From Gemmatimonadaceae bacterium (GTDB lineage: Bacteria; Gemmatimonadota; Gemmatimonadetes; Gemmatimonadales; Gemmatimonadaceae), in assembly GCA_044224875.1 (NCBI GenBank), contig JBGAJQ010000060.1, positions 1 through 33,176 of the forward strand: a stretch of 33,176 bases of DNA, written 5' to 3'. The translations under genes and the position numbers were made by a program. Under the pieces are notes generated by a model. That model was not told the origin of the DNA and searched no databases. It was given only the letters and a program-made list of their open reading frames with translations. This document shows, piece after piece, positions 29,400 through 33,176 of this stretch. The first letter of the stretch is position 1. Each line of letters starts with the position of its first letter.

Positions 29400-30632
29400 G
29401 TGAACCCCGCGCTACGCCTCGCGTACGGTGCCGTGGGGCAGTTGGCCCGAGCGCTTGCAGTCGTTGCGCCAGCGCAGGGCCAGAAACTGGCACGCGCACT
29501 CAATGCCCGGCGAGGGATCCGGAAACGTTACGCCGCCTGGGCGCCGAAGCGGGACATGGCGCGGCCGCTGCTGTGGGTGCACGCCCCATCGGTTGGCGAA
29601 GGACTCCAGGCGCGCGTCGTCCTCGAGCGAATGCGTGCCAAGCGCCCGGATGTGCAACTCGCCTACACATTCTTCTCTCCCAGCGCCGAGCACTTCGCCG
29701 AGTCACTCGACGTGGACTTCAGGGACTACCTGCCGTTCGACACGGCTGGTGACGCCGGCGCGGCACTAGATGCGCTGCGCCCTTCGGCACTGGTCTTTTC
29801 GAAGCTGGACCTTTGGCCCACGCTCTGCGCGGAGGCGAGCCGCCGAGGGGTGCGACTGGGAATGATCAGTGCGACGCTGGCCACCGGTTCCTCACGTCGG
29901 GGTTCGCTGGCGGCATCGCTCCTCCACGACGCGTACGGGCTACTCGACGCTGTGGGTGCTATTTCTACGGACGATGCTCGACGATTGGAGACGTTGGGCG
30001 TTCGCAGCGATCGGATCCGGGTCACTGGCGACACGCGGTTCGACCAAGTGATCGCGCGCGCCGCAACGGCGAGCCGCTCCTCGCCGTTGCTGGCACCACT
30101 CGCGGCGCCCCGACCGACTTTGGTGGCAGGTTCAACCTGGCCGTCGGACGAGAGTGTGCTGATGGGCTCCTGGGCAGCGGTTCGCGCCGAGATCCCGGCT
30201 GCGCGCCTGGTCATAGCTCCGCACGAACCGACGCCTGAGCACCTCGAGCCGTTGGAGAGCTGGGCACGGCAGCTGCCCGGTGTAGTGCGTGTGGCGCGGC
30301 TGTCGGCGGCCGACGCCGCCACCGACGTCGTGCTTGTCGACCGAACGGGCGTGCTTGGGGAGTTGTACCTGCTGGCGGACGCGGCGTTTGTGGGCGGCGG
30401 TTTTCACACCGCGGGCCTGCTGGTGCGCGCCGGGGGCGCCGACGCGGTCGCAACCGTGGACGAGCTCACCGAGGTGCTCGTCCACTGGTTAGGCGACGCC
30501 GCTACGCGGCAGGCGGCCGGCGCCAATTCTCGCGCCTTTGTCGAGCAGGGGGCAGGAGCCGCCGACCGCTCAGTGGATATGGTGTTGTCGCTGCTGGATG
30601 CCTCGCAGCTCCAACCGCGCCACGCGCCGTAG
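29400..30632 (+). CDS. waaA: 3-deoxy-D-manno-octulosonic acid (Kdo) transferase, apparently with an internal in-frame deletion
   Basis: LLWVHAPSVGE, YLPFD, VTGDTRFD, LVAGSTW, IAPHEP, GVLGELY, AFVGGGF. The usual H-x-x-L-E-P-A segment is missing. Confidence 0.85.
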   Translation: MNPALRLAYGAVGQLARALAVVAPAQGQKLARALNARRGIRKRYAAWAPKRDMARPLLWVHAPSVGEGLQARVVLERMRAKRPDVQLAYTFFSPSAEHFAESLDVDFRDYLPFDTAGDAGAALDALRPSALVFSKLDLWPTLCAEASRRGVRLGMISATLATGSSRRGSLAASLLHDAYGLLDAVGAISTDDARRLETLGVRSDRIRVTGDTRFDQVIARAATASRSSPLLAPLAAPRPTLVAGSTWPSDESVLMGSWAAVRAEIPAARLVIAPHEPTPEHLEPLESWARQLPGVVRVARLSAADAATDVVLVDRTGVLGELYLLADAAFVGGGFHTAGLLVRAGGADAVATVDELTEVLVHWLGDAATRQAAGANSRAFVEQGAGAADRSVDMVLSLLDASQLQPRHAP

Positions 30633-30634
30633 GC

Positions 30635-31276
30635 CTATTTCTTCATGCCCGGCGGGGACCACGCCAGGGACACGCCGAATCCATCCTGTCCCGACCGATC
30701 GGATCCGCCAAACACGCCAGTCACGCGTAGCGCGAGATTGCGCGAGAGCTGCAGGTTGCCGCCGAGATCGAAGTCCACCGCCAAACTGGAACAGCCGCGG
30801 CATGCCTCCAACGCCACACGCGGATGGACGTAGGGCGTGAGACTGATGTTGCCATCCAGCGGGAAGGTGTGACCCACCGAGACGCCTACCGGCACCCTGA
30901 AGATGCTGTAGGATCCGCCGCCAATGTATGCGCCAGCGGTCAAGAGGAAATCCAGCGGCACGTCGGTGCTGGCCCGCGACAGCTGCCACGCCAACCCGCC
31001 TCCGGCAAAGAGCTGGGTCTCGCTGTCGCGTGAATTCGCGTCGGCGATGCCGCCTTCCAGCGTGAACTGCATGCGCGCAGTGGTCTCCTCGCGCCACTGA
31101 AACATCAGGGCGGTCACGCTACCGGAGTATGCGACGACCCCGAAGTTGAATTCTCGGGAGGAAAGCGTGGGCGGCTGGAAGCTCGGGGATCCACCGGACT
31201 GGGCCTGCAGCCAGGCGGGCGCGGCGCACAGCAGGAGCGCGGCCAACGCGCGAACGGGAAGGAGTCGAGTCTGCAT
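30635..31276 (-). CDS. Hypothetical secreted protein, probable small outer-membrane beta-barrel
   Basis: From ATG 31276: signal peptide MQTRLLPVRALAALLLCAAPAWLQA, then alternating-hydrophobic strands ending GFGVSLAW. Confidence 0.7.
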   Translation of the reverse strand: MQTRLLPVRALAALLLCAAPAWLQAQSGGSPSFQPPTLSSREFNFGVVAYSGSVTALMFQWREETTARMQFTLEGGIADANSRDSETQLFAGGGLAWQLSRASTDVPLDFLLTAGAYIGGGSYSIFRVPVGVSVGHTFPLDGNISLTPYVHPRVALEACRGCSSLAVDFDLGGNLQLSRNLALRVTGVFGGSDRSGQDGFGVSLAWSPPGMKK

Positions 31277-31642
31277 ATCGGGCAGGGCGTTTGAATGATC
31301 GAATGGCGCAGACCCTTGCCTGCGCCGTCGGAAGGTATCGCGAGGAGCGTCGGAGCCGTAGCCCGTCACTCGCGACCCTTCTACGCCGGCCACCGCCAGA
31401 AGATTCATCCGGGCGCATAACGACAGTCGACGGATTGCACCGTGGCGCGGAGGCGGCTTCACGGCGCGATCCCTGTTCCAGTTGTCGCTCGACGGAATGC
31501 GTTGCACTCGCCCGCCGCGCAACTCCGCTGGTGATCTCGCTGAGCAGGCCCACGCATGCCGTGGTGGTGGTCCGTGCGTCTCGCGCTGCCGCGCACCTGA
31601 TGTCGCTGGGCACGCGATGACCTTAGGGGCAGCGCCAGCGAG

Positions 31643-31673
31643 ACGCCCCCGCGCCGTCATGGCGCGAGGGCGT
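31643..31673 (-). terminator. GC-rich hairpin after the CHRD gene
   Basis: Minus strand ACGCCCTCGCGCC-ATGAC-GGCGCGGGGGCGT (one G-U pair); poor U-tract. Confidence 0.5.
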
Positions 31674-31702
31674 TAGGCACGTACACAGTGACCGTGTGTG
31701 CC

Positions 31703-32194
31703 TTACGACTTCTTCACCTGACCGCGAATCTCGCCACCCGGGAAGGTCTTGGAGTGAATGTTCAGGTACGCGGTGCCCGCGCGCATGCGCGTCAACAGCG
31801 AGTCGAAGTTGAAACCGGCGTTGGTGTTGAACGTGGAGGTGCGCAGAATCGTTCCGGTGTACAGCGTGCCCGTGATCGTCGCTGACGGCGTCGCATTAGC
31901 GATGAAGCCGTAGATCACGGGACCGGCGGCCGTTTCGTCGGCCGCGTGAAAATGACCAGCGGTGACCTCGTTGATCCCGGGTGTGGTGATTGTGAAGTTG
32001 ATCGTGTTCGCATCGGCAACCGTAACCGTCGCGGTGGCGGTCGCCGTTGAACCGTTCGGATTCGGTCGCTCCTTGGCTCCCGTCAGCTGCACGACGTACT
32101 GCTCCTTCGGGCCCGTGGAGTCATCGCTGCACGAGACGGCAACGATCGTCGTCGTACACGCCGCCACTGCGAGTAACGAGAAATAACGCTTCAT
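31703..32194 (-). CDS. CHRD domain lipoprotein
   Basis: LTGAKERP, TAGHFH, GPV and YLNIHSKTFPGGEIRGQ CHRD signature; lipoprotein-type signal; RBS GAAGGGGG favours ATG 32194 over 32200. Confidence 0.92.
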   Translation of the reverse strand: MKRYFSLLAVAACTTTIVAVSCSDDSTGPKEQYVVQLTGAKERPNPNGSTATATATVTVADANTINFTITTPGINEVTAGHFHAADETAAGPVIYGFIANATPSATITGTLYTGTILRTSTFNTNAGFNFDSLLTRMRAGTAYLNIHSKTFPGGEIRGQVKKS

Positions 32195-32384
32195 CGGCAT
32201 CCCCCTTCTGTGGGTGAACTGGTGAACGTCGCTCGCCAGTGAGCGCGTTCAGCGAAGAGGGGGTGGGCAGGTTCTACGAATCTGCAGTCCCGCCCAACGT
32301 CGCGCCAGTCTCGATGGCCCTGACCGGGAATGGATGGCGCTGGGGCAACCGGAGGGCTCGCCATCGCGTCGGTCCCGTGAAAGC

Positions 32385-32418
32385 GAAAGGCGACGGAGAG
32401 CCCGTCGCCTTTCTTTTC
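32385..32418. terminator. Hairpin terminator downstream of the atp operon (possibly bidirectional)
   Basis: GAAAGGCGACGG-N5-CCGTCGCCTTTC, 12-bp stem with T-rich tails in both orientations. Confidence 0.75.
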
Positions 32419-32484
32419 GATTGGAACCAGCACGGCAACGCACACCATCGCGCGACCCAACTGCGATCCGTCATTGCGCCGCCC

Positions 32485-32736
32485 TTACACGGCCTCGGCG
32501 CTTTCGGTGACCACCCGCACCTGATCGTGAATCACCTGCATGAAGCCGCCGGCGACTCGAAAGCGACCAGCGCTTCCACCAGCACCAAGGCGCAATTCGC
32601 CGCGTCCGAGCAGGGTCATCAACGGCGCATGCTGCGGAAGCACGCCGAGCTCCCCGTCATACGCCGGGGCCACCAGCGAGTCGACCTCCCCTTCGAACAG
32701 GGTCTTCTCCGGGGAGATCACGGACACCTTGAGCAT
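32485..32736 (-). CDS. atpC: F1F0 ATP synthase epsilon subunit (N-terminal beta-sandwich only)
   Basis: LKVSVISPE, GELGVLPQHAPLMTLL, VAGGF; immediately downstream of atpD (alternative ATG 32742). Confidence 0.95.
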   Translation of the reverse strand: MLKVSVISPEKTLFEGEVDSLVAPAYDGELGVLPQHAPLMTLLGRGELRLGAGGSAGRFRVAGGFMQVIHDQVRVVTESAEAV

Positions 32737-32743
32737 GGACATC

Positions 32744-33176
<433 letters not shown>

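Larger units (their letters stand above)
1025..31678. repeat. Dispersed octamer CGTTAGGC/GCCTAACG, 16 exact copies found by eye
   Basis: CGTTAGGC on + at 1301, 1519, 7308, 14658, 16145, 17298, 21304, 24258, 31671. GCCTAACG on + at 1025, 9661, 9733, 13692, 20198, 22827, 24444. The 7-mer core GTTAGGC also occurs at 11516 and 30488. Confidence 0.85.

Noticed and set aside
31277..31640. Long N-terminal extension of the 341-aa ORF, or an ncRNA in this gap
   Set aside because: The signal peptide starts at 31276; upstream has only generic GC-rich pairing with no recognisable RNA family.
1025..31678. TTAGGC equals the nematode telomere repeat
   Set aside because: Copies are single, dispersed and in frame within bacterial genes, never tandem; not telomeric or contamination.

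Overview
GC-rich bacterial chromosomal segment, most likely Gemmatimonadota (inferred from the SusC/SusD-type pair in a high-GC background, the large Ig-like lipoprotein, the short ATP synthase epsilon and the gene order; not verified by search). It carries a partial Asp-box (sialidase-like) secreted protein, a 982-aa Ig-domain lipoprotein (S-layer candidate) with a long structured leader, a UvrD/PcrA helicase, two sulfatases flanking an aminopeptidase, the dnaE-accA-PSP1/RicT-metG cluster, a SusC/SusD pair, a TPM-nucleotidyltransferase-LemA cluster, DsbA, a Kdo transferase, a CHRD lipoprotein and the end of the atp operon. No mobile element, CRISPR array, tRNA or rRNA was seen. The most striking non-gene signal is the octamer CGTTAGGC/GCCTAACG. 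I found it 16 times by eye, on both strands and mostly inside genes, where it forces rare TTA/CTA Leu codons, like a HIP1- or uptake-sequence-type dispersed motif. Three genes (sulfatase 1, SusC, waaA) carry local frameshift or deletion lesions that may be consensus errors.
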